A DNA stretch of 64,000 nucleotides from Peptococcia bacterium (GTDB taxonomy: Bacteria > Bacillota > Peptococcia > Peptococcales > SKKY01): the NCBI GenBank assembly GCA_965228015.1, contig OZ245787.1, positions 1,588,023-1,652,022 on the forward strand, given 5' to 3'. The position numbers and the translations under genes are program-made. Positions 9,855 through 20,052 of this stretch are shown in pieces. The notes under the pieces were generated by a model that worked only from the letters and a program-made list of their open reading frames with translations, was not told the DNA's origin and searched no databases. The number at the start of each line of letters is the position of its first letter. Within the stretch, counting starts at the first letter, position 1.

Positions 9855-10805
9855 TTATAAATGGAAATGCCCTGCAGCTTCTGGTTGATAAACAATTTCT
9901 TTAATGTAAATTTCTGTTTTTTCTCCAGTGGGAAGTTCCCATTCAACAGTATCTCCCTCTTTGTAACCAATCAATGCAGTTCCAATAGGTGAGAATATTG
10001 AAAGTTTGTTTTCTTCCCAGTCTGAGTCTTGGGGGAATACTAAAAAAATTTCCATTTCTTCTCCATCAAGACTAATCGGTGCTTTGGAATTCATGGTGAT
10101 TACGTTTTGAGGAAGCTCTTCTGGTGGCACAACGATGGCCTTATCCAGTTCCTTTTCCAGTTTTTTAAATAATTTTTCTTCCTTCGCTGATGTGAAAATC
10201 TCTTCATCAATAATTCTTTTAAGTCTTTCTTTGTCAAATTCTATAATATAAATTGCATCTGACACGGTGGTACCCTCCTTAATGGAAAGCAAATAATCTT
10301 CCATTGTAATTGAAAAGCTGTAAATATCGTTTTTCAAACCTTCTGACTTAAAACCTGCATTAATAAAAGCTTTAACAGATCGCAAATTTCTTTTGTCAAT
10401 TTCTGCAATAAGTCTTTCAGAACGTATTTCAAAAAAAGTAACCTTCATACTTTCTCTGATAGTACAGGGACCCAGCTTTTGTCCCCAATTATTTCGGTCA
10501 CCAATGGCAATTACAATCTCTGATTCATTTCCCTTTGTTGCCAGGCGGACAAATCCTACAGGTTCATTCTTTTTGTTATAAGCCATAAAAAAACGGCCGT
10601 TTTGGTTAAAAAAGTGAGTCAGAACTGGAAGCTGTACCCGGTTAATAACATTTTCTATATCCTCAGAGACATCTTGATCATCTGTCAGATATTTTGCAAC
10701 CTCTTCATCTTGCAGCCACTTTATTAATGTTAGCGCATTTTCCCTGGTTATTTCAGGGTATAAAAATATAGGTTCTACAATAAATGTTGGGGTGGTAAAA
10801 ACCAT
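9855..10805 (-). CDS. GNAT N-acetyltransferase fused to a GreA/GreB-C-terminal (Rnk-like) domain; the 5' end is supplied by the ISL3 terminus
   Basis: N-terminal GNAT fold (..VGFVRLATKGNESEIVIAIGDRNNWGQKLG..), C-terminal SIFSPIGTALIGYKEGDTVEWELPTGEKTEIYIKEI resembling the GreA C-domain. Codons upstream of 10771 lie inside the IS. Confidence 0.6.
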   Translation of the reverse strand: MVFTTPTFIVEPIFLYPEITRENALTLIKWLQDEEVAKYLTDDQDVSEDIENVINRVQLPVLTHFFNQNGRFFMAYNKKNEPVGFVRLATKGNESEIVIAIGDRNNWGQKLGPCTIRESMKVTFFEIRSERLIAEIDKRNLRSVKAFINAGFKSEGLKNDIYSFSITMEDYLLSIKEGTTVSDAIYIIEFDKERLKRIIDEEIFTSAKEEKLFKKLEKELDKAIVVPPEELPQNVITMNSKAPISLDGEEMEIFLVFPQDSDWEENKLSIFSPIGTALIGYKEGDTVEWELPTGEKTEIYIKEIVYQPEAAGHFHL

Positions 10806-12157
10806 TCTGACATTTATTTGCGAAAAAATACAGAGCATTGGGTAAATCCATATTAGAGAACACCCACTGTAATCTAAGGAGGAATTTACTTATGCTCTAT
10901 AATAACTATTATATTAAAAAATTAATTGGTTTTAAAGGGATAATTTTAGAACAATTAGAAACTTCTTCTGATTCAATGTCCTTTTCTTTTTCTCTGGAGA
11001 TTAAAACTCACAATTACCCCAAATGCCATCAACAAACCAATAAAGTTCATGATTACAGAATTCAAATGATAAAAGATATTTCCATCTCAGGGAAGAAAAC
11101 CTACCTTTACTATAAAAAAAGAAGGTACGTTTGTAATCACTGCAATAAAAAATTCTACGAAAAAAATGATTTTCTCCCCCGCTATCAAAGAATGACCAGC
11201 AGGCTGATAAAATACATAATTACTCGAATGAAAAATGTTTACTCTGTATCTGATATTGCCAAAGAGAATAATATTTCACCATCAACGGCTCTCAGGCTTT
11301 TTAGATTCATAAACTATTCCCTAACAAAATTGCCCGAAGTAATCTCTATTGATGAATTTAAAGGTAATGCCGGGGGCAAAAAGTACCAGTGCATATTAAC
11401 TGATCCCTAAAACAAGAAGGTACTTGATATTCTTCACGGAAGAGAACAACACATTTTATCGGACTATTTCAGGAAATTCAATGACAGGGATAAAGTAAAA
11501 TACTTCATTATGGATATGTGGCAACCTTACAAGGATATTGCTGAAACATATTTTAAAAATGCAACTATCATTATCGATAAATTCCATTTCATTAGGCAGG
11601 TCACTTGGGCATTTGAAAGAATTAGGAAAGATGAGCAAAAGAAATTTGCCAAGGAAAGGCGAAGATATTTCAAAAGAAGTCGCTCCCTTCTCTTAAAAAG
11701 AATGAAGTATTTAACTCCTGAAGAAATTGACCAGGTAAACGTTATGCTTGCTACTTCTGAGAAACTGCAAAAAGCTTATATGTTAAAAGAAAAATTTTAT
11801 AACTTTGTTGACAGCAGTGATTTAGAAAGTGCAAAAAAGAATTTGAAAGCCTGGTATATGTTTGTTATGTCCTGTGAGTTTGAAGAATTCGATAAATGCT
11901 CCAGAACCATTTTCAACTGGCAGAAATATATTCTTAATTCATTTACTTGTACTTATACTAACGGATATACAGAAGGAGTTAACAACAAAATTAAGGTTTT
12001 AAAAAGAAATGCTTATGGTGTAAGAAATTTTTGGAGATTCAAAAACAGAATAATGCACGTAATGAACTAAAAACAATTTAAAAAAGTACCGCATTTTTCA
12101 ATGCGGTACTCATGGAATCTAATCTAATTGGGTTGCTCCAACATTTGACAAAGAACC
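10771..12157 (+). mobile_element. ISL3-family insertion sequence, copy 1 (1387 bp)
   Basis: Terminal inverted repeats GGTTCTACAATAAATGTTGGGG / CCAACATTTGACAAAGAACC; near-identical inverted copy at 60260-61646. Confidence 0.85.
10838..12070 (+). pseudogene. ISL3 transposase with in-frame TAA
   Basis: ORFs 10838-11410 and 11510-12070 are in the same frame. The codon at 11408-11410 is TAA where copy 2 has CAA (..ILTDPQNKKVLDIL..). Confidence 0.8.
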
Positions 12158-12353
12158 AAAAAATAAAAGGCACCTTCATTCATACCACACATCCTTCTTG
12201 TCGTATTAAATAAAAGCCTTTCATAGAAAGTTAAAACTATGACAGTTCTTTATTAAACCCCATTATATTAATCTTTATTTAGAAATTCAAATTTAGTGGT
12301 AATAGTGTGCTATAATCAAAAAGTCGCAAGACATTAAAAATTTAGAATGAGGT

Positions 12354-13010
12354 ATGTTTATGGATAAAGAATTAAAAGCTGGAGATATTGTTCTTCTTAA
12401 AGTTGTTGATGTAAAAGAATTTGGGGCGTTTCTTGATGCGGGCCTGGAAGAGGATATTCTTTTGCCAAAAAAAGAAATGACAGGACAGGTTAAAAAGGGC
12501 GAAATATGTTTAGTTGCACTAAAAGAAAATTTAAGAACTAAAAATTTATTTGGCACTATGCATTTGTATGATTTTTTAGAAACAGAATCTCCCTACAAAA
12601 AAAATGACATGGTAAAGGGAACTGTATATAAGACAAACAAAAATATGGGTGTATTTATTGCGGTTGATGATAAGTTTCATGGTCTGATTTTGAACAAGGA
12701 ATTATATGGTAATTTTGAAATCGGTGATAATGTTGAAGTGAGGATTAAAAATGTAAGGGAAGGTGGGAAACTTGAATTGAGTACCCGTAAGCCAGCTTAT
12801 AGTGAAATAGAGGAAGATGCTAAAAAGATTGTGGACTATTTAAAAGAAAATGATGGAAAAGCAACTTTGAATGATAACAGTTCTCCAGAGGAAATTAAGG
12901 ATATTTTTAATATAAGTAAGAAAGCATTTAAACGTGCCGTTGGGCGTTTGTTAAAAGAAGGTGCCATTGAAATTACAGATAATGGAATAAAATCAAACTG
13001 GGTTGAATAA
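12354..13010 (+). CDS. S1-domain RNA-binding protein, CvfB/YitL family
   Basis: 218 aa; repeated S1-like segments (GDIVLLKVVDVKEFGAFLD, GTVYKTNKNMGVFIAVD) and C-terminal winged-helix-like ISKKAFKRAVGRLLKEGAI; TGcTATAAT extended -10 at 12308-12316. Confidence 0.7.
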   Translation: MFMDKELKAGDIVLLKVVDVKEFGAFLDAGLEEDILLPKKEMTGQVKKGEICLVALKENLRTKNLFGTMHLYDFLETESPYKKNDMVKGTVYKTNKNMGVFIAVDDKFHGLILNKELYGNFEIGDNVEVRIKNVREGGKLELSTRKPAYSEIEEDAKKIVDYLKENDGKATLNDNSSPEEIKDIFNISKKAFKRAVGRLLKEGAIEITDNGIKSNWVE

Positions 13011-13049
13011 AGAAAAAAATAGGAATATAATAAATTCCGTTAATGAGAT

Positions 13050-13137
13050 GCGGGAATGGCGGAATTGGCAGACGCGCTAGATTCAGGCTCTAGAGAGCTT
13101 TGTGCTTGTGCAGGTTCAAGTCCTGTTTCCCGCACCA
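13050..13137 (+). tRNA. tRNA-Leu (anticodon CAG), CCA encoded
   Basis: Acceptor GCGGGAA/TTCCCGC, anticodon stem CTAGA/TCTAG with loop TTCAGGC, long variable arm, T-arm GCAGGTTCAAGTCCTGT, 3' ACCA. Confidence 0.9.
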
Positions 13138-13296
13138 TTAATTAGGTATCTTTTTTGATTCCGAAAGGCTTCGAACAATTTGTCCATGTTACAGGGGAAG
13201 TCTTGTTGTATGATTATGAAGTCTTGGATATATATAAAATGCAAGTAAAAAATCTAAGCCTTGGGTGCCGAATTGGGGATTTTTTAGGAGAAAAAA

Positions 13297-14152
13297 ATGG
13301 CAAAATTAATTGTTTTTATCGACATTGAGGTTGGCGTTGATGATAAAAGAATTCATGATTTAGGTGCAGTACGTAGTGATCGAGCTACATTTCACAGCTC
13401 GTCTATACAAGAATTTTGTGCATTTATTTCCGGGTCAGAATACTTATGCGGGCATAATATCGTTCACCATGATATGAAATATATCAAGCCTCATATCACT
13501 AGTAGTTTTTTATAAATACATTGATACCCTATACCTTTCTCCATTACTTTTTCCCAAAAGACCTTATCATGCTTTGCTGAAAGATGATAAACTCCAATCA
13601 GATGAGCTTAACAATCCCCTTAATGATGCTCAAAAGTCAGAAAAGCTCTTTTATGATGAGGTAAATGCTTTTCACGCACTGTCATTTCAAATAAAGCAAA
13701 TATACGGCTGTCTTTTGTATAAATTTGAAGAATTTAAAGGTTTTTTCGAATATGTAAAATTTGTGCCGTATAATTCTAATGTAGAAAAACTCATTGCCAC
13801 CGAATTTAACGGAAAAATATGCTCTAATGCAGATATTTCACTATTAATTAGGTACTATCCCATCGAATTGGCATATGCACTTGCGCTTATAGGAAGTGAT
13901 GACTATCATCCCATTACACCGCGGTGGCTCCTTAAAAACTACCCCAAAATAGAAAATGCTATTAAATTTCTCTGTAACACTCCATGTAATAATGGATGTA
14001 GTTACTGCTCTGATGCGCTTAACATTCACAAGGAGCTTAAGAAAATATTCGGATATGATAGTTTCCGTACCTATAACGGGGAACATTTGCAGGAAAAAGC
14101 AGCTCAGGCGGCTGTTGATGGTAAATCACTGCTTGTAATGGTCAAGCATCTT
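13297..14152 (+). pseudogene. DEDD-type exonuclease / RecQ-like helicase fusion, N-terminal part (frameshifted, truncated by IS)
   Basis: MAKLIVFIDIEV..GHNIVHHDMKYI exonuclease motif; frame break at the T6 run 13506-13511; reads up to ..EKAAQAAVDGKSLLV just before the expected Walker A, then the IS3 terminus at 14153. Confidence 0.6.
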
Positions 14153-14173
14153 TGTAACACTAAGTACGGAAAA

Positions 14174-15031
14174 TCAGTTTATATTTCGTGCTTCAAATGG
14201 AGTCAGCCCTCCATTGTATGAATGAGGTCGAATGTGGTTGTACCACACATAAACATATTTATTGATAGTTTCATCTAATTGTAGGTCGGTTTCAAATTTT
14301 TGGTAGTAAATAAGCTCTGACTTAAGTGATTTATAAAATCTCTCCATTGGAGCGTTATCATATGGGCAACCTGTTTTACTCATGCTTTGCCTTATTCCTT
14401 GGCTTTTGCAGTACTCTACGAAAGCCCATGAGGTGAACTGTACCCCCTGATCTGAATGTAAGACTAACCCTTCATCTGGACTCTCTCTTTCGAGAGCTTT
14501 AGACAAGGCTTCTATTGCCAGATCTGAGTTGATTCATTTTGAGTTAACCGTTGCTATTGCTTCCCTTTTTGCTAAATCTATAATAGTACAATTATAACGC
14601 ATTTTACCGTTTGTTAATCTTATATAGGTGAAATCAGTACACCATACTTTATTTCTTTCTGTGACAGAGAAATTTTGATTAAGAATATTGGGAAATACTT
14701 TGTTCTTTTCACCTTTTACATACTTGGGCCTTTTTCTTACAGTGATTGCATGCAGGTTTAATTCCTTGTTCATATACTTATGTGTTGTTGTCTTACTAAT
14801 AAATATATTTTGCCTTGCAAGAAAAGCGACCATCCACCTATGGCCGATAATGCGTCCATTATTGTAATAAATACTTTTTATGTTTTCTTGAACTTTAGCC
14901 TTTCCTTCACGATACGTGGATTTTCTGTTCTTTAAGTAATTGTAGTACACATTCGGAGAGAGGTTGAACTTGCGGCATAACCAGCGCAATCCAAACTCAA
15001 GTTTATAGGCATCAATGAACCGATATACCAC
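14174..15031 (-). pseudogene. IS3-family transposase OrfB (DDE/rve), in-frame TGA and extra frame defect
   Basis: ..TDFTYIRL.., HSDQGVQFTS, CPYDNAPMERFYKSLK motifs; in-frame TGA between 14506 and 14534 (..VNSK*INSDLAIEAL..); the -1 frame after the slippery site closes after ..AAAFFAKEID. Confidence 0.75.
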
Positions 15032-15314
15032 TAATCGATTTCCTTTGCGAAGAATGCCGCTGCTTTTTTAGGAAGTCATTTTCCTTTTGAAGTTCCATAA
15101 GCTTCTTGTTAAGCGCTCTATATTCCTCTGGTGATATTGCGTTTTCTTTATTTTGTGGTTTTGTGTAATGACATTCTTCGCTGTATTTTTTTATCCATCC
15201 GGACATTGTTGATTTTGATACACCGTAGGTTGCAAAAAGATCACCAAGGCTTTTGCCTTTTAGATATTCACGTACAACCTCCTTCTTGAATTCTAAATCG
15301 TAATGTTTGCTCAT
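15012..15314 (-). CDS. IS3-family transposase OrfA (HTH)
   Basis: 100 aa; MSKHYDLEFKKEVVREYLKGKSLGDLFATYGVSKSTMSGWIKKY; A6G slippery motif near its 3' end. Confidence 0.75.
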   Translation of the reverse strand: MSKHYDLEFKKEVVREYLKGKSLGDLFATYGVSKSTMSGWIKKYSEECHYTKPQNKENAISPEEYRALNKKLMELQKENDFLKKQRHSSQRKSISGISVH

Positions 15315-15368
15315 TTTGTAATCCTCCTAGTTCGGGTTTATTATATATTATCCGTACTAGGTGTTACA

Positions 15369-15981
15369 ACAAGACTATACCATTACAATCAAACTATGAA
15401 GACTTTTATACAGATGAGATTGGTGCTGTATATTTTTCTACGATCCATAAATCTAAGGGCAGAGAGTTTGATAAAGTATATTTACTGTTGAGAAATATAT
15501 CTGTCACTAATAATGAAGAGAAACGAAAGTTATATATAGCAATGACCAGAGCCAAAGAATCTTTGTACATTCACTATAACACTAATATTTTCAATAAATA
15601 TTCTGTTGATAATATCATTAAAAATGAAGATACAACAGAATATGACGAACCTTCGGAAATATCTTTACAACTGACCCATAAAGATGTTATCCTTAATTTT
15701 TTAAGGATAAGAAGGAGATAATCCTAAAGCTTCGTAGTGGTGATAAACTTTTGGTATTGGGAAATTTTCTTGCTACTGAAGTAAATGGGAGAAAGGTTAG
15801 TGTGGTAAAATTCTCAAAGGCTTTTTCAGAGAAACCGGTGAATCTCAAAAACAAGGGATATGAGCCGGTCAGTGCTAATATAGCATATGTAGTTGCCTGG
15901 CAAAGAGAAGAAGATAGGGAAGAATCCGCTATTATTTTGCCGATTCTGCTTCTTGAGTATAAAGATAGCGTCAATAATTAA
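15369..15981 (+). pseudogene. C-terminal remnant of the exonuclease/helicase gene (UvrD-like C-terminal motif)
   Basis: ..GAVYFSTIHKSKGREFDKVYLL..RKLYIAMTRAKESLYIHY; frame break at the T6 run 15697-15702. The whole helicase core between Walker A and motif VI is missing. Confidence 0.6.
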
Positions 15982-16057
15982 AAATGATTTCTATGTAAAT
16001 TATATGAGTCAACTTCTACCTTTCAAATAAAAAAATAATATACTGAGAATAATAACC

Positions 16058-16095
16058 AAAGGTCTCATGATTTCTCATGAGACCTTTTTTCTTTT
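16058..16095. terminator. Stem-loop terminator between convergent genes
   Basis: AAAGGTCTCATGA (16058-16070), loop TTTC, TCATGAGACCTTT (16075-16087), followed by a T-run. Confidence 0.6.
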
Positions 16096-16100
16096 CCTTA

Positions 16101-16387
16101 TTAAACTTCTTCTACATTTACATATCCGGTATCAAAGGCAATATAGCCGGTAATTTCTTTTGCTGCTTCTTTGGGCCCTGGATAATACCAGGCAGCATTT
16201 TCACTTAACTCGGCTCCCTGAATATGATAGTAGTAAGCCAGGCTTTTCCAGGGACAGGTGGTGTGATGATCGCTTTCTTTTAAAAAGGATTTCTCTACTG
16301 CAGCTTTCGGGAAATGTGGTTACCCTCAAGAAAAATTGTATTATCTGATTTGGCAATCTCTTTCCCTTCATAGGTAGCTCTGATCAT
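16101..16387 (-). pseudogene. DUF427-family protein, single frameshift
   Basis: MIRATYEGKEIAKSDNTIFLEGNH, then after a 1-nt shift ..FPKAAVEKSFLKESDHHTTCPWKSLAYYYHIQGAELSENAAWYYPGPKEAAKEITGYIAF. Confidence 0.6.
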
Positions 16388-16404
16388 TTTAAATCACCCT
16401 ATTT

Positions 16405-18147
16405 CTATATCCTTTTTCTTGGCACATAGTGGGTGTGAAGAAGGCTATGTGCCTTTTCTCCTCCAGGTTCACCAAGATACTCTTCATATAATTTTTTGAT
16501 ATAGGGGTTTTCGTGAGATTTACGAATCTTCTTATTTTGGTCTGACTGATAAATAGCCATCTGTCTTTTTTTGATAATTTCCATATCTCCATGATGGTAA
16601 GGCTGACCACCGCCACCAATACATCCTCCTGGACATGCCATGATTTCAATAGCATCGAAGTGGGAAATCCCTTTTTGGATATCCTCAAGAAGTTTTCTGG
16701 CATTGCCAAGACCGTGGGCGATACCGATTCTTAAATTTCTCTCGCCTATTTTAACTGTTGTAGAACGAATTCCTTCCATTCCTCTAAGTTGCTTAAAATT
16801 AACTTCCTCTAGAGTTTCCTTGGTCATCCATTCATAAGCAGTACGAATTGCAGCTTCTATAACTCCTCCGGTTGTTCCGAAGATAACTGCCGCTCCAGTA
16901 CTTTCTCCCAGAATAGAATCAAAATTACTGTCTTGAAGTCTGGTGAAACTTACCCCGGCTTCAATAAGCATATGTCCCAGCTCTCTGGTGGTAATTACTA
17001 TATCTACATTATCATTATCATCCTTGGTAAGTTCTGAACGCTTAGCTTCAGCCTTTTTAGCCAGACAGGGCATTACTGAGACCATTACGATATCTTTAGG
17101 GTCGATGCCAATTTTTTCAGCGTAATAGCTTTTGGTAATTGCTCCAAGCATAATCATTGGAGATTTACAGGTTGAGGGAATGTCCAAAAGATCTGGAAAC
17201 TGGTGCTCAAAGAATTTAACCCAGGCAGGGCAGCAGCTTGTTAGCATTGGCAGAGTTCCACCATTTTCAATCCTGTTAATAAGCTCTGTAGCTTCTTCCA
17301 TAATGGTTAAATCTGCTCCAAAATTTGTATCAAAAACCGCATCGAAGTGAAGAGTCTTCAGGGCACTTACAAGTTTTCCCGTGCTTATTGTTCCAGGCTC
17401 CATTCCGAATATTTCACCAATGGCAACCCGTACTGCAGGTGCTGCCTGAACAACAACGTGTTTTTTAGGATTATTCAATGCCTGCCATACTTTAGTAGTG
17501 TTATCAATTTCAGTAAGAGCAGCCGTTGGGCATACAGCAACACACTGTCCGCAAAAAGTACAGGAAGTATCTGCCATGTCCAGATGAAAAGCGGGACCAA
17601 CAATAACGTTGAAACCTCTGTCTACTGCAGATAAAATTCCGCAGGTTTGCAGTTCGTTACAAACAGTTTCGCAACGGCGACACATTATACATTTATTAGG
17701 ATCTTTTATTAATACAAAGGAGGAGCTATCCTTTTCGTAGTGCATTTTCTCTCCAGTATAGTGAATTTCTCTGACGTTTAGATCCTGAGCCAGTTTTTGT
17801 AAATCGCAATTCAGGTTTTTGGTACAAACCAGGCAGTCGGAGGGGTGATTGGAAAGTAAAAGCTCTACAGCCATTCTTCTGGCAGAAATTGCTCTGATAG
17901 TATCTGTACGGATTACCATACCATCGGTACAAACCTCTGCGCAGGAAGGTACAAGGTTCCGTCTTCCTTCAACCTCTATTACACAAACTCGGCAGGATGC
18001 ATTTTGATTTTTTATACCAAATTCTTTCAGGTCAAGATGACACAGAGTTGGAATTTTTAGATTAACCTGGCGGGAAGCTTCCAAAATGGTTGTTCCCTCA
18101 GGGACTTGTATATGCATATCATTTATTACAATACTTAACATTTTCAT
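16405..18147 (-). CDS. hydA: [FeFe]-hydrogenase catalytic subunit (HydA/HndD type)
   Basis: 580 aa; N-terminal 2Fe-2S and 4Fe-4S Cys clusters; H-cluster motifs TSCCPAW, MPCLAKKAE, EIMACPGGCIGGGGQP. Confidence 0.9.
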   Translation of the reverse strand: MKMLSIVINDMHIQVPEGTTILEASRQVNLKIPTLCHLDLKEFGIKNQNASCRVCVIEVEGRRNLVPSCAEVCTDGMVIRTDTIRAISARRMAVELLLSNHPSDCLVCTKNLNCDLQKLAQDLNVREIHYTGEKMHYEKDSSSFVLIKDPNKCIMCRRCETVCNELQTCGILSAVDRGFNVIVGPAFHLDMADTSCTFCGQCVAVCPTAALTEIDNTTKVWQALNNPKKHVVVQAAPAVRVAIGEIFGMEPGTISTGKLVSALKTLHFDAVFDTNFGADLTIMEEATELINRIENGGTLPMLTSCCPAWVKFFEHQFPDLLDIPSTCKSPMIMLGAITKSYYAEKIGIDPKDIVMVSVMPCLAKKAEAKRSELTKDDNDNVDIVITTRELGHMLIEAGVSFTRLQDSNFDSILGESTGAAVIFGTTGGVIEAAIRTAYEWMTKETLEEVNFKQLRGMEGIRSTTVKIGERNLRIGIAHGLGNARKLLEDIQKGISHFDAIEIMACPGGCIGGGGQPYHHGDMEIIKKRQMAIYQSDQNKKIRKSHENPYIKKLYEEYLGEPGGEKAHSLLHTHYVPRKRI

Positions 18148-18159
18148 GGGGAAACCTCC

Positions 18160-20049
18160 TTATGGTTTGATAATTGCATTAAAACGGCAGGCATCATAGC
18201 AGGCACCACAGCCAATACAAAGTTCGGGATCAATAACATGTTTTTCCTTAGGTTTTCCTGAAATTGCGTCAACAGGGCAAACCCTGGCACAGGCAGTACA
18301 GCCGATACATTTTTCTTCGATTATTGAATATTTTAATAGTGCCTTACATCTTCCTGCAGGGCAGGTTTTATCAACAATATGAGTAACATACTCGTCGTAA
18401 AAATACTCCAAGGTGCTGAGAACTGGATTTGGAGCCGATTGCCCCAGCCCGCAAAGGGAGCTGTCTTTAATCATTCTGCCAAGAGTCCGAAGGCTTTCAA
18501 TATCCTCCATTTTCCCTTCCCCTTCAGAAATTCTAACAAGGATTTCGTGCATTCGTTTTGTTCCCAGACGGCAGGGTGTACATTTGCCGCAGGATTCATC
18601 TTGAGTAAATTCAAGATAAAATTTGGCAATGTCTACCATACAGTCATCTTCTTCCAGGACAATCATTCCCCCAGAGCCCATCATTGACCCAATGGCGAGA
18701 AGGCTTTCGTAGTCGATGGGGGTATCCAGATCCCGGGCAGTGATAACACCTCCGGAAGGTCCACCAGTTTGCACGGCTTTGAATTCCTTATCGTTAGCAA
18801 TGCCGCCGCCGATCTCGTAAATAATTTCCCGGAGAGTTGTGCCCATAGGAACTTCAATTAAGCCGATATTATTAATTTTTCCTGCAAGGGAGAAAACTTT
18901 CGTTCCTTTGGATTTTTCTGTACCCATTGAGCAAAACCACTGAGGTCCGTTAAGAATTATTGGTGGTATATTGGCAAAGGTTTCTACGTTGTTAACAGAA
19001 GTAGGTTTTTTCTTATACCCTTCAATGGAGGGGAAAGGAGGTTTTTTAGTTGATTCTCCCCGTTTTCCTTCCACAGAGTGGATAAGGGCAGTTTCCTCAC
19101 CGCAAACGAAGGCTCCCGCACCAAGCTTTATTTTAATGTCAAAGTTGAATCTGCTGTCAAAAATATCTTTTCCCAAAAAGCCCAGGTCGTAGGCTTCTTT
19201 GATAGCGATTTCTAGACGCTGGATTGCTAGTGGATACTCAGCACGGATATAAATAATTCCCTGAGATGCTCCGGTAGCGTAGCCGGCAATGGCCATGGCT
19301 TCCAGAACTGTGTGAGGATCTCCTTCGAGAATCGAGCGATCCATAAAAGCTCCTGGATCTCCCTCATCTGCATTACAGAAAATATATTTTTCATCAGAAA
19401 CCGGCTTTCTTGTTGCCTCCCACTTTAAACCAACAGGGAATCCACCGCCTCCACGACCTCGAAGGCCGCTGGCTTTCATAATTTCAATAACATCTTCAGG
19501 AATCATCGTTGTAAGAACTCTTCCCAGAGCCTCGTAACCCCTGTAGGCGATATACTCGAGAATGTTTTCCGGGTCAATATTTCCGCAATTTCGCAAGGCA
19601 ATCCGGTGCTGCTTTTTATAGAAGCTGATATCATGCTGTTTAGGCAGATGCTCATGAGTTTTTGGATCTTCGTAGAGAAGGCGCTTAACAATTTTATTAT
19701 TGACGATGTGTTCCTCGATCAGTTCTTCAATATCTTCCATTTTAACTTTTACATAGAAAACATCTTCAGGGTGAATTTTTATAATAGGGCCCTGGCTGCA
19801 AAAGCCGAAGCAACCTGTTTGAGAAACTAGAATTTCTTTATCCAGACCTCTTTTTTTGATTCCTTCACGGCAGGCTTCAATCATTTTTAAACTTTCAGCA
19901 GAAACACAGCCTGTGCCGCCGCAGAAAAGAATGTGACGTTTAAATTCATCCGTGGATTCGGGCACATCTTCCTCACGAAGCTTAATTTTTATAAACTCTT
20001 TGCTCTTTAATTCCCAGATCTCTTCAAGATTTTGAATTTTATTTTTCAT
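18160..20049 (-). CDS. hydB: NuoF-like flavoprotein subunit of bifurcating hydrogenase (HydB/HndC type)
   Basis: 629 aa; GLRGRGGGGFPVGLKW FMN/NADH motif, SCGKCTPCR N3 cluster, C-terminal 2x CxxCxxCxxxCP ferredoxin domain. Confidence 0.9.
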   Translation of the reverse strand: MKNKIQNLEEIWELKSKEFIKIKLREEDVPESTDEFKRHILFCGGTGCVSAESLKMIEACREGIKKRGLDKEILVSQTGCFGFCSQGPIIKIHPEDVFYVKVKMEDIEELIEEHIVNNKIVKRLLYEDPKTHEHLPKQHDISFYKKQHRIALRNCGNIDPENILEYIAYRGYEALGRVLTTMIPEDVIEIMKASGLRGRGGGGFPVGLKWEATRKPVSDEKYIFCNADEGDPGAFMDRSILEGDPHTVLEAMAIAGYATGASQGIIYIRAEYPLAIQRLEIAIKEAYDLGFLGKDIFDSRFNFDIKIKLGAGAFVCGEETALIHSVEGKRGESTKKPPFPSIEGYKKKPTSVNNVETFANIPPIILNGPQWFCSMGTEKSKGTKVFSLAGKINNIGLIEVPMGTTLREIIYEIGGGIANDKEFKAVQTGGPSGGVITARDLDTPIDYESLLAIGSMMGSGGMIVLEEDDCMVDIAKFYLEFTQDESCGKCTPCRLGTKRMHEILVRISEGEGKMEDIESLRTLGRMIKDSSLCGLGQSAPNPVLSTLEYFYDEYVTHIVDKTCPAGRCKALLKYSIIEEKCIGCTACARVCPVDAISGKPKEKHVIDPELCIGCGACYDACRFNAIIKP

Positions 20050-20052
20050 AGA

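Larger units (their letters stand above)
14153..15368 (-). mobile_element. IS3-family insertion sequence, decayed (1216 bp)
   Basis: Inverted repeats TGTAACACTAAGTACGGAAAAT (14153-) and its partner ending ..CCGTACTAGGTGTTACA (15368); orfA plus rve-type orfB; no target duplication, consistent with an adjacent deletion. Confidence 0.8.

Noticed and set aside
14506-14534. In-frame TGA in the IS3 orfB as possible selenocysteine or recoding site
   Set aside because: There is no SECIS-like hairpin. The element has additional defects (closed -1 frame after the slippery site, no target duplication), so a plain nonsense mutation is the simpler reading.
13138-16100. Genomic island integrated at tRNA-Leu
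   Set aside because: I could find no direct repeat of the tRNA 3' end and no integrase gene. The only evidence is an IS-disrupted helicase next to the tRNA.
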